Shown piece by piece: positions 1-8,049 of a stretch of DNA of 64,000 nt. The translations under genes and the position numbers were made by a program. The notes below the pieces were generated by a model, which was not told where the DNA came from, made no database searches, and saw only the letters and a list, made by a program, of their open reading frames with translations. The first letter of the stretch is position 1, and the number at the start of each line of letters is the position of its first letter. Origin of the DNA: a virus (Duplodnaviria > Caudoviricetes); IMG/VR virus record IMGVR_UViG_3300020047_016550, positions 9,392-73,391 of that record; one strand, 5' to 3'.

Positions 1-380
1 ATTTTTAAAATAAAAAAATTATCAATAATAATACCTTCATGAAAATATTGTTCTAAAATAACATCAACATTAAATAACTCTTTTATATCCAATATTTTTT
101 TTTCTGGATACTTTGTTACAAAAAGTATATTTTTCCCATCTTTAATATCTATAATCTTCTCAGAAAGATTGTCTATATATTTTTTGTGAGAAACCAAAGC
201 CCATTTTAAAAACTTTATTTTATAACTCCCCGTTTCAATTACTACAACCATCGTAATATCAAAAAAATCAATAAAACTACCGCCAAGCTTTAATCTGTTT
301 TTTGGACTTTTAAAATTAGCACAATAAAACAAATAATAAAAACCGGGAACCAACACAAAACCTTCATTAATCTTTTTCAT
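1..380 (-). CDS. Hypothetical protein, truncated by window edge (MKKINEGFVLVPGFYYLFYCANFK...)
   Basis: Manual translation: ATG at 380, 126 codons with no stop before position 1; not in the supplied ORF track. Confidence 0.7.
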   Translation of the reverse strand, partial: MKKINEGFVLVPGFYYLFYCANFKSPKNRLKLGGSFIDFFDITMVVVIETGSYKIKFLKWALVSHKKYIDNLSEKIIDIKDGKNILFVTKYPEKKILDIKELFNVDVILEQYFHEGIIIDNFFILK

Positions 381-507
381 ATAAACTTTATATCAATAAA
401 AAATGCCGCGAAATAAAGCTTAAGACACATCAAAAACACATAAACCATACAACCATCCAATCAATAACCCAATGCCCCACAAAACCCTTAATCCCGGCTT
501 ACAGCCA

Positions 508-539
508 CAAATATAAATAACGTTGTACAAATATGCAAC
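508..539 (-). promoter_or_regulatory. Bacteroidota sigma-A-like promoter for the leftward gene
   Basis: Minus strand GTTG-N20-TATATTTG matches the TTTG-N19-21-TAnnTTTG consensus with one mismatch in the -33 box. Confidence 0.45.
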
Positions 540-540
540 A
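519..540. promoter_or_regulatory. Palindromic operator-like site GTTGTA-N6-TGCAAC (copy 1 of 3)
   Basis: AACGTTGTA-caaata-TGCAACA; identical arms at 17477-17498 and 22396-22417. Confidence 0.6.
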
Positions 541-706
541 ATACTTTCCTTTTTTTGCAGTGAAAGACGGGGCGGTAGGGGTCTTTTCCGAAAAATCTTT
601 TTGCCCGACGGTAGGGGGGGCTATGTTTCATTCGCCGGCCTTTTAAAAGATAATCACTTTTTTAAAAAGGATTTTACTTGAGGAAGCACTGGGGAAATGA
701 CGGCCG

Positions 707-776
707 AAAATCGCTTCGCTCTTTTCGTGCCGTCAACTTATGTGTGTATGCGGGTAAAAAATCGCTTTGCTCTTTT
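707..776 (+). repeat. 19-bp direct repeat AAAATCGCTTYGCTCTTTT (2 copies)
   Basis: Copies at 707-725 and 758-776 differ by one base; core TCGCTTCGCTC also at 1933-1943. Confidence 0.7.
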
Positions 777-859
777 TTATTCGTGTGTGTGCCCGGCTGA
801 GTGAATGTTTATCTTTGTGATGTAATGGCCCTGCGGGCTTTTATCTTTTTTTGGCTTTG

Positions 860-1115
860 AATATAAGCCCGAATCAGATGGTTATCTGGTTAATTAATTA
901 AGCACTCCTGGCTTAGTTAATATGTCACACATGGAGTTAGAAAGGGTCGAACCTTTCTGTAAAAATAGTAGGGTGTAGTAACGCACCTAAAAATGATCAG
1001 AGGTTGTGACCCTTAAGGTCATTCACGTAAATTCTCTTTATCACGACGATAAAGAAGATCTACGTTATTACGGAGGGTAGGCCGTGATATAATAAAAGGC
1101 CTCGCGGCCTTTTAT
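860..1115 (+). ncRNA. Candidate structured non-coding RNA (six tandem stem-loops ending in a terminator-like hairpin)
   Basis: Stems at 872-891, 939-958, 971-988, 1006-1022, 1035-1055, 1067-1088; longest ATG ORF I found is 18 codons; hairpin plus T-tract at 1094-1119. Confidence 0.45.
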
Positions 1116-1130
1116 TTTTGTTTAAACATT

Positions 1131-1220
1131 ATGGCAGCATTTACCGTAGTCACCAGGGAGAAGTGTAAACACTTCTACGTTGCAACTGAACACGGGATCA
1201 GGTGTGTTCATTGCGAATAA
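1131..1220 (+). CDS. 29-aa Cys/His peptide (MAAFTVVTREKCKHFYVATEHGIRCVHCE)
   Basis: ATG follows the conserved hairpin-TTTAAACATT leader; below ORF-track cutoff. Confidence 0.6.
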   Translation: MAAFTVVTREKCKHFYVATEHGIRCVHCE

Positions 1221-1348
1221 TGATGAAGGCCCGCATTCGCGGGTTTTTATCTTTTTTGGGCATGTATCCCGTACGTGCCGGGTTAAGGGTTAAAACCTCC
1301 ACGATTCCTCCCGGAGTCGTGGGGGATTTTTGTTTTGTTGAAAACGTC

Positions 1349-1474
1349 ATGAAGAAACTCATTTTCATTATTTGCACGGGCATGATAATATCACTTCTGT
1401 TGATATCATGCGGAACAAGCTATAAAAGCACGTCAACCCCTTACAGGGGAGAATACCGATGTGTAAGCAGATAA
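1349..1474 (+). CDS. Small lipoprotein (41 aa, MKKLIFIIC...LLISC)
   Basis: Basic N-terminus, hydrophobic core, lipobox-like LLISC; start after hairpin/T-tract. Confidence 0.7.
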   Translation: MKKLIFIICTGMIISLLLISCGTSYKSTSTPYRGEYRCVSR

Positions 1475-1508
1475 AGGCCCTACGGGCTTTTATTTTTGTT
1501 TAAACATT

Positions 1509-1712
1509 ATGAAAAAGTTATTTATGCCCGTAATGGTATCGTTTTTAATTGGGGTTATTGCTGGAAGTATTACTTCAAAAAGAAGTTCTTTCCTTGACAG
1601 TAACGGAAATGTAATTCCGGATGAAGTGGTTGAGCTGTATAGTAAAAGCCATTTTGTGCTACTTGACAGCAGCGAGTATGAAATGATTGACCGGTATTAC
1701 TGGCCGGATTAA
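1509..1712 (+). CDS. Small membrane-anchored protein (67 aa)
   Basis: N-terminal hydrophobic helix; conserved leader upstream. Confidence 0.75.
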   Translation: MKKLFMPVMVSFLIGVIAGSITSKRSSFLDSNGNVIPDEVVELYSKSHFVLLDSSEYEMIDRYYWPD

Positions 1713-1750
1713 GTAAGGGCCCTACGGGCTTTTATTTTTGCTTAAACATC

Positions 1751-1924
1751 ATGAAAGAAAAATTACTCGGACAAATCCCGAAAGCTTTTTTTGCCTTAAT
1801 CTTTTTGGTTCTGGCAATAATCCTGTTCTCAACGGGAAGCGGAACATTGGCCGCATTGGGAATAGTATCGGCAATTATCGGTATAGTAACCGTACAGCGT
1901 ATTCTAATTGAACTTTTTGAGTGA
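1751..1924 (+). CDS. 57-aa two-TM membrane protein (MKEKLLGQIPKAFFALIFLVLAIILF...)
   Basis: Manual translation; leader CTTAAACATCATG; two hydrophobic segments; below ORF-track cutoff. Confidence 0.75.
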   Translation: MKEKLLGQIPKAFFALIFLVLAIILFSTGSGTLAALGIVSAIIGIVTVQRILIELFE

Positions 1925-2018
1925 TGCAAATGTCGCTTCGCTCCATTTACCGTTAATCAGGAACATTACGATAAGGCCCCACATGCATGGGGTTTTATTT
2001 TTATTAAAACACATAATA

Positions 2019-2297
2019 ATGAAAAACGTAAAACACACAATCATGAAAAACTTAAAAGATTTATCGTTAACGGAAGAAAAAGTAATTGTTGATAAAAAAT
2101 TCATCAGCTACTTTCTAGAAGATCGTGTAAAAGCAGATGTAAACGATCATGCAAGACTTCTTGCTTCCTTTTTAGAAACTAATTACTTTAAAGACAGAAA
2201 AGAATTGACTGATTTTCTGGAAAAAGAAACTTATATGCTTCTTCTTTCTGACAAACTTGAAGATTACGAAAAAGAAATCAGCCAATTTAATGTCTAA
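2019..2297 (+). CDS. Hypothetical protein (92 aa; start moved from 1908)
   Basis: ATG after hairpin at 1974 and A-rich leader. Confidence 0.7.
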   Translation: MKNVKHTIMKNLKDLSLTEEKVIVDKKFISYFLEDRVKADVNDHARLLASFLETNYFKDRKELTDFLEKETYMLLLSDKLEDYEKEISQFNV

Positions 2298-2352
2298 AAA
2301 TAATAACCCCTACGTGGGGTTTTATTTCTTTCAAACTTTAATATTTATTTGC

Positions 2353-2895
2353 ATGAAAGTAACAGCAAAAAAATCGTCAATGGGCCTTTTGGCCAAAGGA
2401 TTCCACGTAGGAACAATTAAGTCAATCGTAGAAACTACGATTGCAAGCGCAGATCTTAAGGAAGGCGCTTATGCGGATGAAACTCCGCAGCTCGAGATTA
2501 CCCTGGGCGTGGGTAACCAAACCACAAAGGCATGGATCATGCTGAAAGGTTATCGCAAGTTTGAAGAGTTCGTAAAAGAACTCACGCCCAAACAAGCCGC
2601 AAAATACCGTCCAGGCGGTTCTTCGGGTTATGCAGTTTTGATTGCAACCAACACCCGTGTTGAGGACGAAGCCCTCACGGAAAAGTGCATGGAGATTGTA
2701 AGCAATTTTGCCGCAAACGCCGGTGCCAAAGACGATGAAGAAATCGAGATCCAGGATCTCGTAGGTTCTGAAATCGGCTTTAAAATCGGTGAGGGCAACA
2801 AAGGCCAGAACCGTGTAGTCGGTTTCTACGACAAAGCTTATGCTGCTTCCCAAATGGAAAAAGCTGAAGAAGCTGCCGAAGATTTGGAAGATTAA
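2353..2895 (+). CDS. SSB-like / DUF669-like OB-fold protein, acidic C-tail (paralog A)
   Basis: MKV..K start, G-x-H/Y motif, LVG..IGFKI strand, acidic tail EEAAEDLED; fold call by resemblance only. Confidence 0.55.
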   Translation: MKVTAKKSSMGLLAKGFHVGTIKSIVETTIASADLKEGAYADETPQLEITLGVGNQTTKAWIMLKGYRKFEEFVKELTPKQAAKYRPGGSSGYAVLIATNTRVEDEALTEKCMEIVSNFAANAGAKDDEEIEIQDLVGSEIGFKIGEGNKGQNRVVGFYDKAYAASQMEKAEEAAEDLED

Positions 2896-2925
2896 GGAAA
2901 AAGCCCTTCGGGGCTTTTCCTTTTG
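2896..2925 (+). terminator. Intrinsic terminator
   Basis: GGAAAAAGCCC-TTCG-GGGCTTTTCC then T-tract; C(UUCG)G tetraloop. Confidence 0.85.
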
Positions 2926-2951
2926 TGAAGCCGGGCTTACGCAGATACCCG

Positions 2952-3035
2952 GTATAAGCCGTTGACACATCCAAGTATAAGCCGTTGACACATCCAAGTA
3001 TAAGCCGTTGACACATCCAAGTATGGGCCGCTGAC
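2952..3035 (+). repeat. Tandem 23-bp repeats GTATAAGCCGTTGACACATCCAA x3 plus a degenerate fourth (iteron-like)
   Basis: Exact copies at 2952, 2975, 2998; GTATGGGCCGCTGAC at 3021. Confidence 0.95.
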
Positions 3036-3127
3036 GCGCCTGGCTCCGCGCCAAACGTTCCCGCCACGTCCGGCGTTTTATTCCGTTTCCCGCCGTTTCC
3101 GTTTTATTATTCCGGAACGGCCCCCGG

Positions 3128-3162
3128 AAAAACAAAAAGAAAAATCCCGTTTTACGGGGATA
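3128..3162 (-). terminator. Intrinsic terminator of the leftward paralog
   Basis: Minus strand ATCCCCGT-AAA-ACGGGAT then TTTTCTTTTTGTTTTT. Confidence 0.65.
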
Positions 3163-3173
3163 ATTCTTATTCA

Positions 3174-3617
3174 TCAATACCTTTTAAAGTATTTGACGAA
3201 ATACTTACCGTTTGGCGTGTGTTCTATGTTCAGGATTATTTTCCTTCCCACCAGTTCCCCCATTTCAACATCGGCACCGTCCGGGAACCCTGCACATGCA
3301 ATCATGTCGGATATACGGTCCGTACATTCTTTTGTCCTTCCCGGATCAACCAGTCTTACCCCGTTTTCGTCAACGGCATACTCACCGGCCTTCCTTAATC
3401 CGGTTTTATCCTTTAAACCCTCATATCTGGCATACCCGGTCACCGGCATCCAGTCAACCATCTTTTTGCCGTTTTCAATATCATACGACATTTCAAGCTG
3501 GGGCGTCGGGTCACTCCACAGCACTCCAGGCTTATTTACCAGAATCACTCCCGTTATGATTGCACCATACTCCCCCGGAGCAAATTCCGGGACTCTTTTT
3601 TTTACTGAAATCTTCAT
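3174..3617 (-). CDS. SSB-like / DUF669-like protein (paralog B, 147 aa)
   Basis: Aligns by eye with 2353-2895 (D.TPQLE, W...GY..Y/FE, T..C...IS...A.AG, LVG..I...I); start MKISVKK at 3617. Confidence 0.6.
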   Translation of the reverse strand: MKISVKKRVPEFAPGEYGAIITGVILVNKPGVLWSDPTPQLEMSYDIENGKKMVDWMPVTGYARYEGLKDKTGLRKAGEYAVDENGVRLVDPGRTKECTDRISDMIACAGFPDGADVEMGELVGRKIILNIEHTPNGKYFVKYFKRY

Positions 3618-3875
3618 GTCCAAAATTTGAAAAAAGCAAAAAATCAACGGCTATAAACACACTTTTTAAAGCCTCTCCCGAATCCTTTTTTTTCAAAGGC
3701 ATACGGCATCAGATTACGGTTAGAAAGTTGAACGGTGCTTTTCTTAGCCCGTTTTTCCGGGTATTTTGTAATAAATGTGGGATATTGTTTAATTTGATCC
3801 GGATTTTTTTTTGGTATGTTTTTGAAATGGGTTTTGAGTTGTGTTGATATTTTTTAGTTAAAAAAAGCTAAAATA

Positions 3876-3908
3876 TTTGGCATTAGTCAAAAAAACCGGC
3901 TAACTTCG
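3876..3908 (+). promoter_or_regulatory. Possible Bacteroidota sigma-A promoter
   Basis: TTTG-N21-TAACTTCG, one mismatch to TAnnTTTG. Confidence 0.4.
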
Positions 3909-4168
3909 GCCTAACCAAAAGGGATAAGCGAAATAAGAACGGGGGATTGGATGTGTGGTTAAGCATTGATAAATGTGGGGAAAACGAAAGCCATACGGAT
4001 GTTTATTTGGGGTTATGTGTTTGGGGTAATCATTTTAGAAGCCGTATTTAGTGGGGGAATTAACCAAACCTAAGAATAAAAGTAAGAACGGGTTTGGCTA
4101 TTTCGTGAATTATTTGGATGCCTAAGGGTAAGAAGGGTGGGGTGTGTCCTTTCGTGGAAAGGGTGTAT

Positions 4169-4215
4169 TATATATAACGCGCGTGTGTGCGGGCGCGTGT
4201 GCGCGTGTGTGTGCG
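4169..4215. repeat. Alternating purine-pyrimidine tract (Z-DNA prone)
   Basis: TATATATAACGCGCGTGTGTGCGGGCGCGTGTGCGCGTGTGTGTGCG. Confidence 0.8.
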
Positions 4216-4268
4216 GGGATTTTGCGTGGGGTTTTATTTTTTGGTATAACTTAAAACAGATAAAAAGT

Positions 4269-4697
4269 ATGGAAAAGAAAAAATTGGTACCGGTTGGTAC
4301 TACGGTTTATTACTGGCAGATTCCGTGTGCGGGTGTGGTGTCGGAACATCTGGGTAATGAGGATTATCCTTTGGAGGTTGAATTTGGAGATGAACGGTTT
4401 TCTGTAACGCCGGAAGGAAAAGTTAATAAATGCGATTACGGTCCTTCAATATCGTTGACTTCTTACGATTTGGTTAACGGCGGATTTACTCCGTTATCCG
4501 AATGGGATAAACCGAAACTTGGTGATCACGGATTTTTCTGGGGAATAAAAGAAGACCTTTATGAGCTCCAGTTCGGAGTGATCACGGAAATAGACGAAGA
4601 AGGGTTTTTCCAGAGAAATAAGGGCACCTATTACTGCAACTTCTCCCGTGATATTCCCGAATGGTTTGAAAGGCTGGTTAAAGAAACAAAACAATAA
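4269..4697 (+). CDS. Hypothetical phage protein (142 aa)
   Basis: ATG after T-tract/A-rich leader; YPLEVEF and TPEGK motifs resemble Bacteroidota phage hypotheticals. Confidence 0.75.
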   Translation: MEKKKLVPVGTTVYYWQIPCAGVVSEHLGNEDYPLEVEFGDERFSVTPEGKVNKCDYGPSISLTSYDLVNGGFTPLSEWDKPKLGDHGFFWGIKEDLYELQFGVITEIDEEGFFQRNKGTYYCNFSRDIPEWFERLVKETKQ

Positions 4698-4707
4698 AAA
4701 AGCAATC

Positions 4708-5352
4708 ATGAAAAGAATTATTTTAAACAACCAAACCATTGTTCTTTACGACGAAATAACCGAAGGGAGCATTGTGGGTTTTGTCGATTCGGGAGGCATA
4801 AGGGGATTTATAATGCCCGCTTTTGAGGAACTGACAAAACAAAACGGTTACAAAGCTTTCAGCGAAAGACTGTTTTTTGGCCATGACAATGCCGGCGTTT
4901 TTGCCTGGAAAACAATGAAATTTTCAACAAACATCCAACAGGTGCTGTTTCAGATAGACACTGCCGAAATTTATGTTTTTAAAAATTCGCGTCATCTTTT
5001 TTCCTGGATGTCGGATAGAATATTGCATATCGGTACAAAAAAAGTCACCGTGTCCGATAATTTTGTTTTAGTCAAAAACATAGAAGATTCAGACATTGTG
5101 GGAGTAATTAACGCTAAAGGCAGAAAAGGTGTGTACAGGCATGTTTTCAGCAATGAAGACAATATTGAACATTACAGGGCGATATTTTTTGCCAATAAAG
5201 ACGAATACGATGTTGAAACGGAAGAATTAATCGGAAAAAAAACCTATGAAAGCATCAGGACCGCATTGATAAATAATGAGGACGACATAAAAGAAGCTTA
5301 TCTTTTTAAAACGGACCATGAATTAATCAAATGGCTGTCCAAGGATATCTAA
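4708..5352 (+). CDS. Hypothetical protein with internal duplication (214 aa)
   Basis: Halves share I.L...I.E..IVG....G.RG and E.Y.FK....L..W.S. Confidence 0.75.
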   Translation: MKRIILNNQTIVLYDEITEGSIVGFVDSGGIRGFIMPAFEELTKQNGYKAFSERLFFGHDNAGVFAWKTMKFSTNIQQVLFQIDTAEIYVFKNSRHLFSWMSDRILHIGTKKVTVSDNFVLVKNIEDSDIVGVINAKGRKGVYRHVFSNEDNIEHYRAIFFANKDEYDVETEELIGKKTYESIRTALINNEDDIKEAYLFKTDHELIKWLSKDI

Positions 5353-5403
5353 AAATAAAAACCGTTGCTCCGGCGCGGTTTTTTTTTATTTATTAAAACA
5401 ATC

Positions 5404-6330
5404 ATGGAAAAACAGGAACAAAAAATTAAAGGTCACATAAGAATGACCGATGAAGAAATGACTCTTGAAACGGGAGAAAAGCTGTTCAGGATAGAACTGG
5501 CCGTTGACTGTAGATGGGGAAAAGCCGGCGAAAAAGGCGGATGGATCCAAAGTTTGGATAATATATCAGATGATGCATGGGTTTCCGATAATGCAAAAGT
5601 TTATGGTAATGCACGGATTTCTAATGAGGCATGGGTTTTCCGTAATGCAAAAGTTTGTGATAATGCACACGTTTACGGCAATTCATGCATTTACGATAAT
5701 GCACACGTTTACGACAATGCGCACATTTACGGTAATGCACGGATTTCAGATAATGCACAAATTTTCGGTGATTCAAGAGTTTGGGCCAATGGAAAGGTTT
5801 TCGGTAATGCACGGGTTTACGGTAAAGCATGGGTTTACGGTAATTCACATGTTTTCGGTAAAACAGAAGTTTACGGTAATGCACGGGTTTGCGGTAAAGC
5901 AGAAGTTTACGGTAATGCACGGGTTTACGGTGATTCACCAGTTTTCGGTAATTCACATGTTTTCGGTAGTGCACGGGTTTACGGTAAAGCATGGGTTTAC
6001 GATAATGCACGGGTTTACGGTAATTCACATGTTTTCGGTAAAGCAGAAGTTTACGGTAATGCACGGGTTTGCGGTAATGCACGAATTTTCGGTAAAGCAT
6101 GGATTTACGCCGATAAATGGTCTAAATCACCTTTACAGATACAGGGAACAAAGGACTTTGTATGCAATTGTGCAAAAAACCGTTTATGCATAGGTTGTAA
6201 AGATAAAACATTTGAAGAATGGCTTGAATCTTACGAAAAAATAGGAATAGAAAATGATTACTCCGAAAGTGAAATTCAAGAATACAAATCTTACATTGAC
6301 CTGGCAATCCGTTTATACGGCCAAAAATAA
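5404..6330 (+). CDS. Hexapeptide-repeat left-handed beta-helix protein (GNARVY repeats)
   Basis: N-terminal FRI.....GEKGGWI domain, >30 hexad repeats on an 18-bp DNA repeat, C-terminal IGC motif; common phage family. Confidence 0.85.
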   Translation: MEKQEQKIKGHIRMTDEEMTLETGEKLFRIELAVDCRWGKAGEKGGWIQSLDNISDDAWVSDNAKVYGNARISNEAWVFRNAKVCDNAHVYGNSCIYDNAHVYDNAHIYGNARISDNAQIFGDSRVWANGKVFGNARVYGKAWVYGNSHVFGKTEVYGNARVCGKAEVYGNARVYGDSPVFGNSHVFGSARVYGKAWVYDNARVYGNSHVFGKAEVYGNARVCGNARIFGKAWIYADKWSKSPLQIQGTKDFVCNCAKNRLCIGCKDKTFEEWLESYEKIGIENDYSESEIQEYKSYIDLAIRLYGQK

Positions 6331-6387
6331 GACATGAAAAAACCGGAAACGGTTTTTTCTTTTGTAAACATTTAATAATCAAAAAAC

Positions 6388-7017
6388 ATGGAGTTAAAAA
6401 TTCAAATCAGGATTAAAATTGATGCTTCTGAAGAAGTAATGAAAACGGACGGTGATTTAATCATTTCCGAAGCATACCGTAATGCCGCGGCAAAAATACT
6501 GATGGAAAAATGGGAAAGTTCGGTCGGGAAATATGCCAGAAACGGAAATACGGCAATCACTACGACCGAAATAGAGTTCACCAAGCAGAACCAGGTTAAG
6601 ACGGACGGAAAAACAAATCCGGAAGACGATAAAGACAAAAAAGTAAAAGAATTGTGGGAACAGATCTTTAAATCCACTTTTCCCCTGGGCAAAGACCAAC
6701 CGTACGGCATTACTGATTTCTTGGAAAAAATCCATATTCCGGTCAAAAAAGAAAAACCTGCTTTATCTGAATCTGAAAAAGACGAATTGATTTCGGATAT
6801 GCTTCAAAAAAGCATTCGGGCCGTTGTTCCGAAAAGTTTTTTAATGCTTGAGTTTGACGGTTTGGTTCCTAAAAAACCCCAGGATTTAAAAAAGAAACAG
6901 AAACTTTCTGAAATTCTTACCATGGCCCATACCGCTTTGATGATGGAAGGAAACCCGGAAGACCTGGAGACTGCCGGTAAATTACGGGAACTGATTTTTA
7001 AGTACGCAGACCGTTAA
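6388..7017 (+). CDS. Hypothetical protein (209 aa)
   Basis: Long ORF after GAAA-loop hairpin. Confidence 0.75.
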   Translation: MELKIQIRIKIDASEEVMKTDGDLIISEAYRNAAAKILMEKWESSVGKYARNGNTAITTTEIEFTKQNQVKTDGKTNPEDDKDKKVKELWEQIFKSTFPLGKDQPYGITDFLEKIHIPVKKEKPALSESEKDELISDMLQKSIRAVVPKSFLMLEFDGLVPKKPQDLKKKQKLSEILTMAHTALMMEGNPEDLETAGKLRELIFKYADR

Positions 7018-7018
7018 A

Positions 7019-7134
7019 TTCTTTTTGCCGTTTCGTGTTTTGTTAAAATGGTTGTTCTTTTAGGCAAAAAGAAGTGATTTAAGAGACTTTCTTGTGTAAA
7101 ACATACTTAGGTATCGTTTGAAGCAGGAAAGTCT
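7019..7134. other. Two tandem long inverted repeats in intergenic region
   Basis: TTCTTTTTGCC (7019-7029)/GGCAAAAAGAA (7063-7073); AGACTTTCTTG (7084-7094)/CAGGAAAGTCT (7124-7134, one G-U). Confidence 0.7.
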
Positions 7135-7157
7135 TTTATTTTTGCTTAAAACATTTT

Positions 7158-7802
7158 ATGAGAAAAATAGAGATTTCAGTTTTCAGTTACCGTGAGCTTA
7201 CGGATGAAGCAAAAGAAAAAGCAAAAGAATGGATATTCGAAAACGGGCCCATGTGCTGGGAAGATTTACGAAATACCCTGAAAGAATTCAAAAAACCGAT
7301 TCCCGGTCTGGCCATTAAAACGAAATACACCAGTTATCCGGTAATGTATGTTCAAAACAATTGTTACATAGATTTCAATGACAGACTTGTAAATCTTTCT
7401 TTTTATCTGATGACTGGACTAAGGTTTTACAAATGGCTTGTCAATAATTTTGACCGTTATCTGTACCGCGGAAAAGTTTACGGCGGTTTCATATCCGGGC
7501 ATCAGGGAGTTAAGCCAAAGCACCAGAGTAAAGTTATCAGTGAAAAATATGACTGCCCCTTTACCGGAATGATTTATGATGAATTCATAACCGGTCCCAT
7601 ATCCGAATACATAAGTTTTTACGGAAAAAACATACGTGAAGAATATTCTTTTGTGGATTTTATGGAATTCCTTTCAAAATCGTTTTGTCAAAAAGCGGAA
7701 GAAACAATTTCCCATGAATATTCGGATGATGAATTTTCTTCCGATTTTTGTGATGCAAACAATTTTGAATTCTACGAAGACGGAAGACATTACAACGGTT
7801 AA
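7158..7802 (+). CDS. Conserved acidic phage early protein (VFSYRELTDEAKEKA...CPFTG...ANNFEFYEDG family)
   Basis: Recognisable N- and C-terminal motifs of a widespread phage family of unproven function. Confidence 0.7.
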   Translation: MRKIEISVFSYRELTDEAKEKAKEWIFENGPMCWEDLRNTLKEFKKPIPGLAIKTKYTSYPVMYVQNNCYIDFNDRLVNLSFYLMTGLRFYKWLVNNFDRYLYRGKVYGGFISGHQGVKPKHQSKVISEKYDCPFTGMIYDEFITGPISEYISFYGKNIREEYSFVDFMEFLSKSFCQKAEETISHEYSDDEFSSDFCDANNFEFYEDGRHYNG

Positions 7803-7857
7803 TCTTTAAAATAAAACTTCCCGCGCGGAGTTTTATTTTTTATCAAACATTACAACC

Positions 7858-8049
7858 ATGACTAATAAAGCAAAAACATTTGACCGGGCACTTCTTTACA
7901 AAATTGAAGACTCAATTATGAAAAACTTAAATTTTTCCTCACGTACCTATCCGGAAAGAAAATTGAAAAACATTGAAGTCCGTAAACTAAAAAGCACCAT
8001 CGTTAAACTTAAAAAGAAACTTCAGGATGAAAAGAAAGCAAATATTTGA
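7858..8049 (+). CDS. Small basic hypothetical protein
   Basis: ATG after conserved leader. Confidence 0.65.
   Translation: MTNKAKTFDRALLYKIEDSIMKNLNFSSRTYPERKLKNIEVRKLKSTIVKLKKKLQDEKKANI

Noticed and set aside
860-1100. tRNA gene
   Set aside because: GGTCGAACC resembles a T-loop but there is no cloverleaf or acceptor stem
1179-1186. GTTGCAAC as a fourth operator
   Set aside because: No 6-bp spacer and located inside a small CDS; likely chance
2960-3020. Sigma70 promoter from TTGACA and TATAAG in the repeats
   Set aside because: Spacing is 8 or 31 bp rather than ~17, and the host appears to use TAnnTTTG promoters
2952-3035. CRISPR mini-array
   Set aside because: Repeats are directly adjacent with no unique spacers; no cas genes
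5504-6193. Long alternative-frame ORFs (5504-6193 +, 5621-6100 -)
   Set aside because: By-products of the stop-free 18-bp repeat
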